Source: Candidatus Spyradenecus sp.
GTDB taxonomy: Bacteria > Verrucomicrobiota > Verrucomicrobiia > Opitutales > UBA953
DNA length: 64,000 nucleotides
Direction: 5' to 3'
NCBI GenBank assembly: GCA_045535075.1
Contig: JAZSKX010000001.1
Coordinates: 32,001-96,000 of the forward strand
In this document: piece by piece, positions 9,757 to 18,677 of the stretch
Numbering within the stretch: position 1 is the stretch's first letter
Layout: each line of letters opens with the position of its first letter
Translations under genes and position numbers: made by a program
Notes under the pieces: generated by a model
What the model was told of the DNA's origin: nothing
Database searches by the model: none
Seen by the model: the letters and a program-made list of their open reading frames with translations, nothing else

Positions 9757-10602
9757 CTAAAGCACGATATTGTCGATGAGGCGCGTACGCGATTCAGTCA
9801 TGCGGACGGCAACGGCGACAAGTGTGTTCCCGTATTCAATTTTTTCTACGGGAAGCATCGTCGAGTTATTTACGATTTCAATATATTCCGCGTCGAAAAT
9901 ATCATCTTTGGCGAGCGATTCCGTGAAGTAACGCGAGAGAACGGAAGCATCCTTTTCCACGGTTGCCTTTTCTGCGAGTTCCCGCAAAACCGCCTGAATT
10001 CGCGGCGCGGCGGCGCGTTCCCGCGCCGAAAGATATTGATTGCGGGAACTGAGCGCGAGACCGTCGGACTCGCGGACAATCGGACCGACGACGAGTTCCA
10101 CGGGAATGTGCAAGTCGCGAACCATGCGTTTGAGAACTGCGACTTGTTGTGCGTCTTTTTGCCCGAAAACCGCGACATTCGGCTGCGCCAAATTGAAAAG
10201 CAAATTGACAACCGTGCAAACTCCGCGGAAATGAATCGGGCGGGAACGTCCGCACAAGCCCTGCGAACAACTGTGTTCGTTGACAAACGTGCTCGCGTCC
10301 GAGAAGTAAATCGTTTCATTCGCGGGAGCGAAAACAATATCGACTCCGTGCGCTTCGCAGACCTGCTTGTCGGCTTCGAGCGTGCGCGGGTATTTGTCGT
10401 AGTCTTCATTCGGCCCGAATTGAGTCGGATTGACAAAGACGGAGACAATCAACACGTCCGCGAGCGGGCGCGCAATGTCCATCAGCGACGCGTGCCCGGC
10501 GTGAAGGTTGCCCATCGTCGGGACAAGCGCGATTTTTTTGCCTTGAGCACGCAACTCAAGTGCGAGTTTTTGAAGCGTTTTAGAGTCGTGGATGACAATC
10601 AT
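9757..10602 (-). CDS. panC: Pantoate-beta-alanine ligase
   Basis: VPTMGNLHAGH, VFVNPTQF, RPIHFRGV, FGQKDAQQ, GLALSSRN, RLIDN. Start placed at ATG 10602. Confidence 0.97.
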   Translation of the reverse strand: MIVIHDSKTLQKLALELRAQGKKIALVPTMGNLHAGHASLMDIARPLADVLIVSVFVNPTQFGPNEDYDKYPRTLEADKQVCEAHGVDIVFAPANETIYFSDASTFVNEHSCSQGLCGRSRPIHFRGVCTVVNLLFNLAQPNVAVFGQKDAQQVAVLKRMVRDLHIPVELVVGPIVRESDGLALSSRNQYLSARERAAAPRIQAVLRELAEKATVEKDASVLSRYFTESLAKDDIFDAEYIEIVNNSTMLPVEKIEYGNTLVAVAVRMTESRTRLIDNIVL

Positions 10603-10663
10603 TTTTCGGAAAATTTCCGAAGAGGATAATTCCCGATTTTTGTTCCCGCGAGGAAAAAAGGGT

Positions 10664-10678
10664 TTGACAATAATGTCA
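10664..10678 (+). promoter_or_regulatory. TTGACA -35 element overlapped by palindrome TGACA-ATAA-TGTCA (possible TetR operator)
   Basis: Perfect 5-4-5 inverted repeat in the divergent panC/TetR intergenic region. Confidence 0.4.
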
Positions 10679-10723
10679 GTCAATAATGTTATTCCCCGAA
10701 GTCCGACAAAAACGACAATTGTA

Positions 10724-11341
10724 ATGCGTAAGAGTAAAACAGAAATTAAAATCTTAACGGCGGCGAAAAAAGTCTTTATGGAAAAAGGCTTGGAAGCGAC
10801 GTCGATGGGCGACATTGCGGAAGAGGCGAAGATTTCCCGTCCGTCTTTGCATTATTATTTTCGTACGAAGGAAAATCTTTTTCTGGCGATTTATAAGGAC
10901 ATCCTCGAAGAATTTATGCCGGAGCTCGGCGAAATCGTGCGCGGGAAGGAATCGCCGGAAAACAAAGTGCGGCTTTTTGTTGGGCGCTACGTTGCGCTCT
11001 TGGCGGAAACGCCGCTTGTCCCGCAATTTGTTTTTCGTGAAATCTCCCGCGATCCTTCCACTATCGCCAACTTATTTTTTACGCTCGAAGGACAATACGG
11101 GAACATCGCTTATACGACTCAGCTCCTCGAAAATTTCGCGAAGAAAAAGAAAATTAAGAATTTTAACGCCTTTCAGTATTGCCTTTCCGTTTACGGACAA
11201 TGCGTGTTCCCGTTCTTAAGTTTACCGGTTTTAAAGGCGACCGTTTTCAAAAAAAATCCCGGATTCTATAACGATTTCGTCGAGCAGGTAAAAGAACACG
11301 TCACGCGAAGCGCACTCGCCGCTCTGGGAATTGATAAATAG
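10724..11341 (+). CDS. TetR/AcrR family regulator
   Basis: ILTAAKKVFMEKG...DIAEEAKISRPSLHYYFRTKENLF helix-turn-helix. Alternative start at 10673. Confidence 0.93.
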   Translation: MRKSKTEIKILTAAKKVFMEKGLEATSMGDIAEEAKISRPSLHYYFRTKENLFLAIYKDILEEFMPELGEIVRGKESPENKVRLFVGRYVALLAETPLVPQFVFREISRDPSTIANLFFTLEGQYGNIAYTTQLLENFAKKKKIKNFNAFQYCLSVYGQCVFPFLSLPVLKATVFKKNPGFYNDFVEQVKEHVTRSALAALGIDK

Positions 11342-11360
11342 AAACGGATTTTCCTATAGC

Positions 11361-11400
11361 AAAACGCGTTCCCGTGAAAACCACGGGAACGCGTTTTTTT
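11361..11400. terminator. Bidirectional terminator built from an inverted CGGGAAC pair
   Basis: AAAACGCGTTCCCGTG-AAAAC-CACGGGAACGCGTTTT between convergent genes. Confidence 0.85.
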
Positions 11401-11496
11401 AAGTCTTTTATAAAATCTCTTGCAAAGAACGCCGGAAATCAAAGAAGTTCGTTTTTTAGCCTTTACGAACTTTGCGCGCTCTGCGAGAAATTTTTC

Positions 11497-12303
11497 TTAG
11501 CGACGGCGGCGACGCGCGCCGACCAGCGCCAACGCACCCAAGCCCGCCAACAATCCGAAAGCCGACGGCTCAGGAATGACACCGACGATAAGCGAAACAG
11601 TGTCCGTACCGTTGGTATCGGAGTAGAAAAGACCATATTTTCCCGTTCCGATAGTTGATTTATCTCTGACGACCCCGATATTGTCGTAGCCTAGAGCGTC
11701 GAGGCTTTCAATATCCGTAAGAGACGGACTACGGTCGCCGTAGTTCCAAATGCCCCAATTAGACTTGCCGGTCAGGAGCGTGCGTTCATAGTTTTCTCCA
11801 CTTACGAGTGCATTCGTATCAATGTCGACGGAGATTGCGATTGAAGATGCGGACGCCCCGAAGTCTAGCTTGTCGCCAGTCGTAATTGAACCGGTCGTTC
11901 CGAAATTAAGCGTGTAGCTTGCGAGCGATCCGCTTGTTGATACTTGATTAAAATACACATCGTGATTGATTGTGACTGATCCGGTATTCTTAAAAATCAA
12001 ATTATAATCAGTATTTCCAATCGTTGTCAGAGCTTTATAAACACTTCCTTCGGAATTAGGGTTTGTGCTACTATCACGAGGAACTCCGGCGAAGGCTAAT
12101 GCGGTTGTCCCAGTTTCAGGATCTCCGGGACGAGTTCCCCACGTGCCATCAACCTTCGTATCTTCCAAATTGTAGAAATAGCCCCACTCCGAGTAAGCCA
12201 ACAAATCGTAATTCACGTTCCCAATATAGGTAAGATCGGTTGCTGCGTTTGCGAGAGCGCTTCCCGCGACAAGAAGCGCGGCGAGTGTAATGTGTTTTTT
12301 CAT
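11497..12303 (-). CDS. PEP-CTERM sorting domain surface protein
   Basis: Signal peptide and C-terminal IPEPSAFGLLAGLGALALVGARRRRR. Confidence 0.93.
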   Translation of the reverse strand: MKKHITLAALLVAGSALANAATDLTYIGNVNYDLLAYSEWGYFYNLEDTKVDGTWGTRPGDPETGTTALAFAGVPRDSSTNPNSEGSVYKALTTIGNTDYNLIFKNTGSVTINHDVYFNQVSTSGSLASYTLNFGTTGSITTGDKLDFGASASSIAISVDIDTNALVSGENYERTLLTGKSNWGIWNYGDRSPSLTDIESLDALGYDNIGVVRDKSTIGTGKYGLFYSDTNGTDTVSLIVGVIPEPSAFGLLAGLGALALVGARRRRR

Positions 12304-12336
12304 GATTTTAGTGATTAGATTACAAGTTTGAGATCC

Positions 12337-12366
12337 ATTTTACCCCCCCCCCTCAAAAGTTGTCAA
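12337..12366 (-). promoter_or_regulatory. Sigma70-type promoter with a G10 tract in the spacer
   Basis: Minus strand reads TTGACA-ACTTTTGAGGGGGGGGGG-TAAAAT (18-nt spacer), 33 nt upstream of the PEP-CTERM ATG. Confidence 0.8.
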
Positions 12367-12672
12367 TGATTGACTTCGGGCATATTGGGCGACGGCGGAG
12401 TGACGGGTCCCCGAAAACAACGTTCCCGCGAGAAAAATCACGGGAACGCCGACAAAGAAGCTTTGAAAATCCGAAAGCCGAAAGTGCTTTTACTTCTGCG
12501 GCTTTGAATTTTTCTCAAACTTTTTCTTCGCACAGCCGCAAGCACATCCGCACGCGGCGGAAGATTGCGAATCGCGCAGGTCGCGAATACGTTTGCGTAA
12601 ACGAAACGCCAGATACGTTCCCGCGCCGAGCACGAATATTGAAACTAAAATAAGGTCGAACATGACGTTGCG

Positions 12673-12790
12673 GTGGAAGAGGAGTGGAAAAGTGGAATAG
12701 TGGAAGAGTGGATTTTTTAGGATTCAATAATTTTACTTCCTCTAAAACTCTCGATTTAATCTATTCCACTCCTCTTCCACTATTCCACTA
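12673..12790. repeat. Inverted arrays of about 8-bp AGTGGAAN units
   Basis: GTGGAAGAGGAGTGGAA (12673-12689) is the exact reverse complement of 12764-12780, with extra tandem units on both arms. Abuts the feoB stop. Confidence 0.8.
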
Positions 12791-15130
12791 AAACAAACTT
12801 CCTATTTGGCAACAAAGCACTGCGCCGAGCCACGCGAGAAACGTCATTTGCGCCCAGGCGATTCCCGCCCATTTCCACGAAGATTCCCGCGCGATGACGA
12901 CGATTTCCGCCAAGCATTGTCCGCAAAGTGCGAAGAAAACCATAATGCCGATAATCACCGGAATCGTGAACACGGGCGAGCCGTCCGCGTGTGTTGTTTT
13001 TTCCATCGCCGCGTAAAGGTCTTCGGTTTCTTCGTCAACGTCGCCGCCGAGTTTATAGGTAATTCCGAGCGTCGAAACGATGAGCTCGCGTGCCGGGAAC
13101 GAGCCGAGTACGCCGACCGTAATGCGCCAGTCAAAACCGCAGGGCGCGAAAACCGGCTGGCAAAACTTGCCGAAACGCCCGATGTAGGAATCTTCCATCC
13201 ACGCGCCGTCGATGCGGTGTTCCAGTTCGCCGACAAGGGTTTCCTGCGCTTCGCTCGGCGCTTCTGCGCTTTCCGCCGCCGCGAGCATCTTTTCAAAATC
13301 CGCCGCGGGAACGTTCTGCGCCGCCGCCGCTTCGGCGACAAATTCCGCACGCGCCTGTTCCGCCGTTTCCTCGCTACGCGGGAAATACGTGAGGAACCAA
13401 ATTACGACCGACATCGCGAAAATAATCGTTCCCGCGCGCCGCGTGTACTCCCAGCCGCTTTGCCAAACGCGCAAGCCCACGTCGCGCAAGCGCGGCAACT
13501 GGTAGCGCGGCATTTCGAGGACAAACGGAGCCGCTTTCGATTTCAAAATAAATTTTGTGTAAACCCACGACACGGGAACGGCAACGAGCACGCCGACCAA
13601 ATACATACCGACAAACACCGCCGACGCGATACTTGCGGACGATTCCGCGTAGCTCGGATTCTGCGCAAGCACGCGTTGCAACACGCCGCACATCAGCACA
13701 TAAACCGGCATGCGCGCGCCGCAACTCATAAACGGCACGGCAAGAATCGTCGCCAAGCGCGTTTTCGGGTCTTCAATCGTGCGCGCGCCCATAATGCCGG
13801 GAATCCCGCACGCGTAGCCGGAAAGCATCGGCACGAAGCTCTTTCCGTTCAAGCCGCACCAACCGAAAAGTTTATCCATCAAAAACGCCGCCCGCGCCAT
13901 ATAGCCGGTCGATTCGAGCAACCCGAGGAAGAAAAACAAAATCAGAATTTGCGGCAGGAAAACCAGCACGCCGCCGACGCCCGCGATGATGCCGTCCACA
14001 ACAAGCGATTGGAACATCGGGCTGCCTTCAAGCTTCGCGCCGACACTTTCGCCGAGTGCGCCGAACCAGCCGTCGATCCAATCCATCGGGAACGCCGCCA
14101 GCGTGTAAATGCACCAGAAAACGCCCCACATCGCCGCGAAGAAGAACACGACGCCGAGCACGCGGTTGAGCAAAAGCTTGTCAAAGACGGACGTAAACGT
14201 CGTGCGCTCCTTTCCGTGGTGAAGCGTTCCCGCGAGAATTTCCTTAATAAACGCGTAGCGTTGAATCGCTTCCGTCGAATGCGGATTTTCGCCGGCTTCG
14301 CGGATACACGCGCGGGATTTTTTCAAAAGTTCGCCGATGTATTCAATGTCTTCGCCTTTGAGGCGATTTGCCACGAGCGAGGCAACGTCAAAAATAACGC
14401 GCTGAAGTTCCGCATCGCTCACGCGTTTGCTCACTTCCTCGGAAAGCCCGCCGCGCAAGGTTTCAAGCGCCTTGCGCGTTCCCGCGTTCCAAGAAACGGT
14501 TTTCATTTTGTTCCCGTTTTTCAAAACATCGGCAATCGCCTGCTTGAGCGCGTCGATGCCCTCGCCTTTGCGCGCGGAAACGGCAATCACCGGAATGCCG
14601 AGGCGTTCCCGCAACAAATCCGTGTTGACGGTGAGCCCGTCGCGGCGCGCCATGTCGATTTGGTTGAGCGCAAGCACCATCGGAATGCCGAGCTCGGCGA
14701 CCTGCGTCGCAAGAAACAAATTGCGTTGGAGATTGTTGACGTCAACGACGCAGACAATCGCGTCCGGTCGCGGTGTGCCTTTTTTCGCCAAGCGCCCGGA
14801 AAGCACGTCGATGACGACGCGCTCGTCCTTTGAAGTCGCCGCAAGCGAGTAAATACCGGGCAAATCCGTCAGCTCGATTTTTTCGCCGTGAAAAAGTTTG
14901 AGCGGTCCGGAATACTTGGTGACGGTTACGCCGGGATAATTGCCGACATGCTGACGCAAGCCGGTAAGCGAATTAAAAAGCGTCGTTTTCCCGGTATTGG
15001 CGTTCCCGACAAGGGCGACATTCGGCAATCCGCTCGGCTTCGCCGCGGGAACGGCTTCGGGAACGTCCGCATCTTCGCAGCAATGTTTTTTTCCGCAACA
15101 GCAGGAATTTTCCTCAGAATTTTTTTCCAT
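12788..15130 (-). CDS. feoB: Ferrous iron transporter FeoB
   Basis: GNANTGKT, VGNYPGVTV, DLPGIYSL GTPase motifs; GYMARAAFLMD, PFMSCGAR, FVLEMPRY. Confidence 0.97.
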   Translation of the reverse strand: MEKNSEENSCCCGKKHCCEDADVPEAVPAAKPSGLPNVALVGNANTGKTTLFNSLTGLRQHVGNYPGVTVTKYSGPLKLFHGEKIELTDLPGIYSLAATSKDERVVIDVLSGRLAKKGTPRPDAIVCVVDVNNLQRNLFLATQVAELGIPMVLALNQIDMARRDGLTVNTDLLRERLGIPVIAVSARKGEGIDALKQAIADVLKNGNKMKTVSWNAGTRKALETLRGGLSEEVSKRVSDAELQRVIFDVASLVANRLKGEDIEYIGELLKKSRACIREAGENPHSTEAIQRYAFIKEILAGTLHHGKERTTFTSVFDKLLLNRVLGVVFFFAAMWGVFWCIYTLAAFPMDWIDGWFGALGESVGAKLEGSPMFQSLVVDGIIAGVGGVLVFLPQILILFFFLGLLESTGYMARAAFLMDKLFGWCGLNGKSFVPMLSGYACGIPGIMGARTIEDPKTRLATILAVPFMSCGARMPVYVLMCGVLQRVLAQNPSYAESSASIASAVFVGMYLVGVLVAVPVSWVYTKFILKSKAAPFVLEMPRYQLPRLRDVGLRVWQSGWEYTRRAGTIIFAMSVVIWFLTYFPRSEETAEQARAEFVAEAAAAQNVPAADFEKMLAAAESAEAPSEAQETLVGELEHRIDGAWMEDSYIGRFGKFCQPVFAPCGFDWRITVGVLGSFPARELIVSTLGITYKLGGDVDEETEDLYAAMEKTTHADGSPVFTIPVIIGIMVFFALCGQCLAEIVVIARESSWKWAGIAWAQMTFLAWLGAVLCCQIGSLF

Positions 15131-15139
15131 ATTCTTAAT

Positions 15140-15324
15140 GCTTAGAGATTAAGGCTTAGAGCTTATAGGTAAGTGCTTTTAGTGAATAACGGATAGGGAA
15201 TAATTCCGTTCTAAGGTTTCTGCCTCCGGCAAAAACTTAAGGAGTGCATTATTCATTATTCATTATTCGTTATTCAATATTCATTAAGATGTTACCTCTA
15301 AGCCCTCAGCTCTCAGCTATCATC
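15140..15324. repeat. Heptamer-array inverted-repeat element (family copy 1) with a nested ATTATTC array
   Basis: Left arm GGCTTAGAGCTTATAGGTA, right arm TACCTCTAAGCCCTCAGCTCTCAGC. Inner GTGAATAAC...(ATTATTC)n. Lies between feoA and feoB. Confidence 0.75.
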
Positions 15325-15325
15325 T

Positions 15326-15556
15326 TTAATTTATTTTTTCGACCATGACGCGAGCGGCATCGGCGCGGCGAATCATCACTTTTTGAGAACAAAACGAAAT
15401 CGCAATCGGATCGCCCAGCGGCGCAACATGCGCGATGCGAACTTCTACGCCCGGCGTCAGCCCGAACGCCAAAAGACGCTGATAAACGGGATCGTCCGCG
15501 TCTAAATTTTGAACTTGGACACGCTGCCCGATTTTAGCTTCAGATAGAGGAATCAT
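15326..15556 (-). CDS. feoA: FeoA family protein
   Basis: RLLAFGLTPG...APLGDPIAI; directly upstream of feoB. Start ATG 15556. Confidence 0.93.
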   Translation of the reverse strand: MIPLSEAKIGQRVQVQNLDADDPVYQRLLAFGLTPGVEVRIAHVAPLGDPIAISFCSQKVMIRRADAARVMVEKIN

Positions 15557-15608
15557 GTGTTGAGAAAAACCGATTTCCTCACAATTTAAATTCAGAACGC
15601 ACATCTTT

Positions 15609-15627
15609 ACAAATGATTTTCATTTTC
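15609..15627 (-). promoter_or_regulatory. Fur box upstream of feoAB
   Basis: Minus strand GAAAATGAAAATCATTTGT matches GATAATGATAATCATTATC at 14/19. Confidence 0.7.
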
Positions 15628-15716
15628 AAAAACAAAATTCCGAAGCTCCGGGAACTACGGGAACGCGTATGGCAAACGGAGAAATTCCCCGACGTTCCCG
15701 GCACTTCAGAGGAAAA

Positions 15717-16544
15717 TCAGAAAATGTAACCGAATTGCCCGGCTACAATCACGTCGTCCGCAGAGGTAAACAGGCGCGGCGCGACGGTGAGCGTCAGCCA
15801 CCAGCTGTCCGCTTCATAGCAAACATTCGGCCCGGCGTAAAATTGGTCTTCGACAAAGCCGTTCCCGTCGTAAGCCAGCGTGTAAACGCCTTCGACGCCG
15901 ACGCGAAACCCGTCGCAAAGCGCATAAGACGCGCCGCCCGCCAGCGAATATTCCGTCGAATCAAACGTCGAATCCGTGCTCCCCGACGCGGGATCGCCTT
16001 TCACGGACGTGAACGCGACCGTCGGCGTGAACGCGAGTACCAAATCGTCGTTCAGGAAATTTTTTTGAAAAATCAAGCCGAGCTCAAACGTGATATCGCG
16101 CGCGCTGTTTTGGCTCGCGTCCGCAAACGCCCACGAAAAACCGCCGACGAGCGAAAGCCCGAACGGCGCGTTCTCGGCTTCCGGATCGAGAATCATATTT
16201 TTCAATCCGAAGGAAATGCCCGTGAAATTGAAATCGTTGACGCGGGATTCGCCGAGCTTACGCGCGTAGTGCCCGCTCACGTAATTGTGTCCGAAATCGA
16301 GCGACGCCGCGACTTCGAGCGTTTCCGTCGCACCGTAAGCAAACTCAAGCGCGGGAGCGGTGGAAACCGCCGTTCCGTGATTCGTCGCAATCGACGTTTC
16401 CCAATTGAGAGTTACTTCCAAATCTCCCAAACCCGCGGGAGCGGCATCGTCGGTAATCACAAAGATCCCGCCGAAAGCGTTAACTGCGGATAGAGAAGAG
16501 GCGGCGCAAAGCGCACCCAGTTTTAAGCGTTTGTTTTTTTTCAT
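15717..16544 (-). CDS. Putative iron-regulated outer-membrane beta-barrel protein (DUF6662-like)
   Basis: Signal peptide, amphipathic beta strands, C-terminal FGYIF. Co-oriented upstream of feoAB, with Fur boxes. Confidence 0.7.
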   Translation of the reverse strand: MKKNKRLKLGALCAASSLSAVNAFGGIFVITDDAAPAGLGDLEVTLNWETSIATNHGTAVSTAPALEFAYGATETLEVAASLDFGHNYVSGHYARKLGESRVNDFNFTGISFGLKNMILDPEAENAPFGLSLVGGFSWAFADASQNSARDITFELGLIFQKNFLNDDLVLAFTPTVAFTSVKGDPASGSTDSTFDSTEYSLAGGASYALCDGFRVGVEGVYTLAYDGNGFVEDQFYAGPNVCYEADSWWLTLTVAPRLFTSADDVIVAGQFGYIF

Positions 16545-16577
16545 TTTAGTGTTGTTGATTGACTGGAATTTGAAAAA

Positions 16578-16626
16578 GAAAATGAGATTCAATTTCATTT
16601 GTCAAATGAAAATAAGAATTATTCTC
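16578..16626. promoter_or_regulatory. Two Fur boxes
   Basis: GAAAATGAGATTCAATTTC (16578-16596) and GAAAATAAGAATTATTCTC (16608-16626), each 14/19 to the Fur consensus. Confidence 0.7.
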
Positions 16627-16723
16627 AAAAATAAAATTTGACTCACGCGGATGAAGCAGGGTTCATGATTTCCGGGTTTTGTCATTTTGCAAAATGGCGA
16701 AACCCGAAAGTGTTTTGTTCCCG

Positions 16724-16740
16724 TTGGCACGGATTTTGCA
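16724..16740 (+). promoter_or_regulatory. Sigma54 (-24/-12) promoter of htpG
   Basis: TTGGCACGGATTTTGCA fits TGGCAC-N5-TTGCA, with exact GG-N10-GC spacing. Confidence 0.8.
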
Positions 16741-16756
16741 TTTTGTGTCGGTAATT

Positions 16757-18610
16757 ATGAGTAATTCCACGACACACACATTTCAGGCGGAAGTGAAGCA
16801 AGTGCTCGATATCGTCGCGCACTCGATTTACAAGGATAAAGATATTTTTCTGCGAGAGCTCGTTTCTAACGCGAGCGATGCGCTCGAAAAGCTCCGCTAC
16901 ACGCAACTGACGGAGAAAGACGTTTTTGAACCGACGCGCGAGCTCGCCGTTGAAGTTTCCACCGACGAAGCTGCGGGAACGCTCACTATCGCCGATTCCG
17001 GCATCGGGATGACGCGCGAAGAACTCGTCGAAAACCTCGGCACGATTGCGCACTCGGGCACAAAAGCGTTTTTGGAAAAAGTCAAAGAAAGCGGCGGCGC
17101 GAACGAAAACCTCATCGGGCAATTCGGCGTCGGGTTTTTCTCCGTTTTCATGGTTGCCGATGAAGTGAAATTTTACACGCGCACCTGGCGAGCCGAAGGT
17201 GAATCGCTTTGCTGGACGAGCGACGGGAACGGAAGCTACACGATTGAGGACGCGGGCGAAGCGCTCCCGCGCGGCTCGAAGCTCGTCATCAAACTCAAAA
17301 GCGACTTCAAGGATTTTTCAAAAAAAGACAAAGTTAAGGAAGTTCTCGAACGCTACTCGAAATACATCGCGTTCCCGCTCAAGCTCGACGGCGAAAAGCT
17401 CAACACGATGCAGGCGCTCTGGCTGAAAAACAAAAGCGACGTTACCGAGCAGGAATACAAGGATTTTTACAAATTCCAATGCCACGCGTGGGACGAACCG
17501 CAGGACTGGATGCATTTCGCCGCCGACGCGCCGCTTGCGATCAATTCCATTCTGTTTTTCCCGACGCACAATCCGGAAGCGATGGGCTTCGGGCGCGCCG
17601 TGCCGGAGGTTTCGCTTTACTGCCGCAAAGTGCTTATTGATTCCGAGCCGAAAAATCTGTTTCCCGAATGGCTTCGCTTCATGAAAGGCGTGGTCGATTC
17701 CGCCGACATTCCGCTGAACATTTCCCGCGAAACGTTGCAGGATTCGACGATTATTCAAAAACTCAATCGCGTGCTCACCAAGCGCGTGATTAAGCGTCTC
17801 GAAGAACGCGCGAAGAAAAAACCGGAAAAATTTGCCAAGTTCTGGCGCGACTTCGGAAATTACCTGCGCGAAGGCATCGCAACGGATTTCGACAACCGCG
17901 AAGCGCTCGCGCCGCTCTTCCGCTGTGAATCCTCAATTCTTGACGCGGGAACGCTCACGAGCCTGCCCGAGTACGTCGAGCGCATGAAGGATTCGCAGAA
18001 GGAAATTTACTACCTCGTCGGAGCCAACCGCGAAGCCATCGAGTCCGGACCGTATCTCGAAGCCTTTAAGGCGCGCGGCATCGAAGTGCTTTTCCTTTAC
18101 GACGGCGCGGACGATTACGTCATGGGGCAGCTCGGAACGTTTAAGGAAAAATCCATCGTTTCCGCCGATTCCGCCGATATCGAACTCGGCGACGTGCCGC
18201 AAACGGGAACGGGCGAGCCGCTTCCCGAAGAAAAAATGAAAACGCTTTGTAGTTGGTTTGCGGATACACTCGGCAAAGAAAAAGTTGCCGAATGCGCCAC
18301 GGGAACGCGCCTCGTCGATTCTCCCGCCGTCGCGCTCAATCCGGATAAATTCATGACGGCAACCATGCGCCGCATGATGAAGCTCATGTCGAAAGACGCG
18401 GGAACGCCGGACAAGCCCGTCGCCGTCAAAATCGAACTCAACCCGCGCCACCCGCTCGTACACAAGCTCGATACGCTCCGCGACGCGAACCCGGAACTGG
18501 CAAAGCTCATTGCCGAGCAGGTGCTCGATAACACGCTCATCGCTGCCGGCTTGCTCGACAATCCGCGCGGCATGACGCAACGCATTTACGAGCTTCTCGG
18601 AAAACTCTAA
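16757..18610 (+). CDS. htpG: Molecular chaperone HtpG (Hsp90)
   Basis: FLRELVSNASDA, DSGIGM, LGTIAHSGT, IGQFGVGFFS, PLNISRETLQ. Confidence 0.97.
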   Translation: MSNSTTHTFQAEVKQVLDIVAHSIYKDKDIFLRELVSNASDALEKLRYTQLTEKDVFEPTRELAVEVSTDEAAGTLTIADSGIGMTREELVENLGTIAHSGTKAFLEKVKESGGANENLIGQFGVGFFSVFMVADEVKFYTRTWRAEGESLCWTSDGNGSYTIEDAGEALPRGSKLVIKLKSDFKDFSKKDKVKEVLERYSKYIAFPLKLDGEKLNTMQALWLKNKSDVTEQEYKDFYKFQCHAWDEPQDWMHFAADAPLAINSILFFPTHNPEAMGFGRAVPEVSLYCRKVLIDSEPKNLFPEWLRFMKGVVDSADIPLNISRETLQDSTIIQKLNRVLTKRVIKRLEERAKKKPEKFAKFWRDFGNYLREGIATDFDNREALAPLFRCESSILDAGTLTSLPEYVERMKDSQKEIYYLVGANREAIESGPYLEAFKARGIEVLFLYDGADDYVMGQLGTFKEKSIVSADSADIELGDVPQTGTGEPLPEEKMKTLCSWFADTLGKEKVAECATGTRLVDSPAVALNPDKFMTATMRRMMKLMSKDAGTPDKPVAVKIELNPRHPLVHKLDTLRDANPELAKLIAEQVLDNTLIAAGLLDNPRGMTQRIYELLGKL

Positions 18611-18626
18611 TTAGAGAGGAGAAGAG

Positions 18627-18675
18627 ACGAAATCGCGAATTAGCCCTGGTGTTAATTCGCGATTTCGTTTTTTTG
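18627..18675. terminator. Intrinsic terminator between convergent htpG and tcdA
   Basis: 16-bp stem ACGAAATCGCGAATTA/TAATTCGCGATTTCGT followed by a T tract. Confidence 0.85.
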
Positions 18676-18677
18676 TT

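Noticed and set aside
1..10000. CGGGAAC as a Chi or KOPS site
   Set aside because: The two orientations are about equally frequent (about 25 vs 20 in 10 kb) and often paired as inverted repeats, unlike replichore-polarised motifs. Not fully excluded without the whole genome.
12806..14833. 675-aa plus-strand ORF
   Set aside because: Antisense shadow of feoB with no recognisable motifs.
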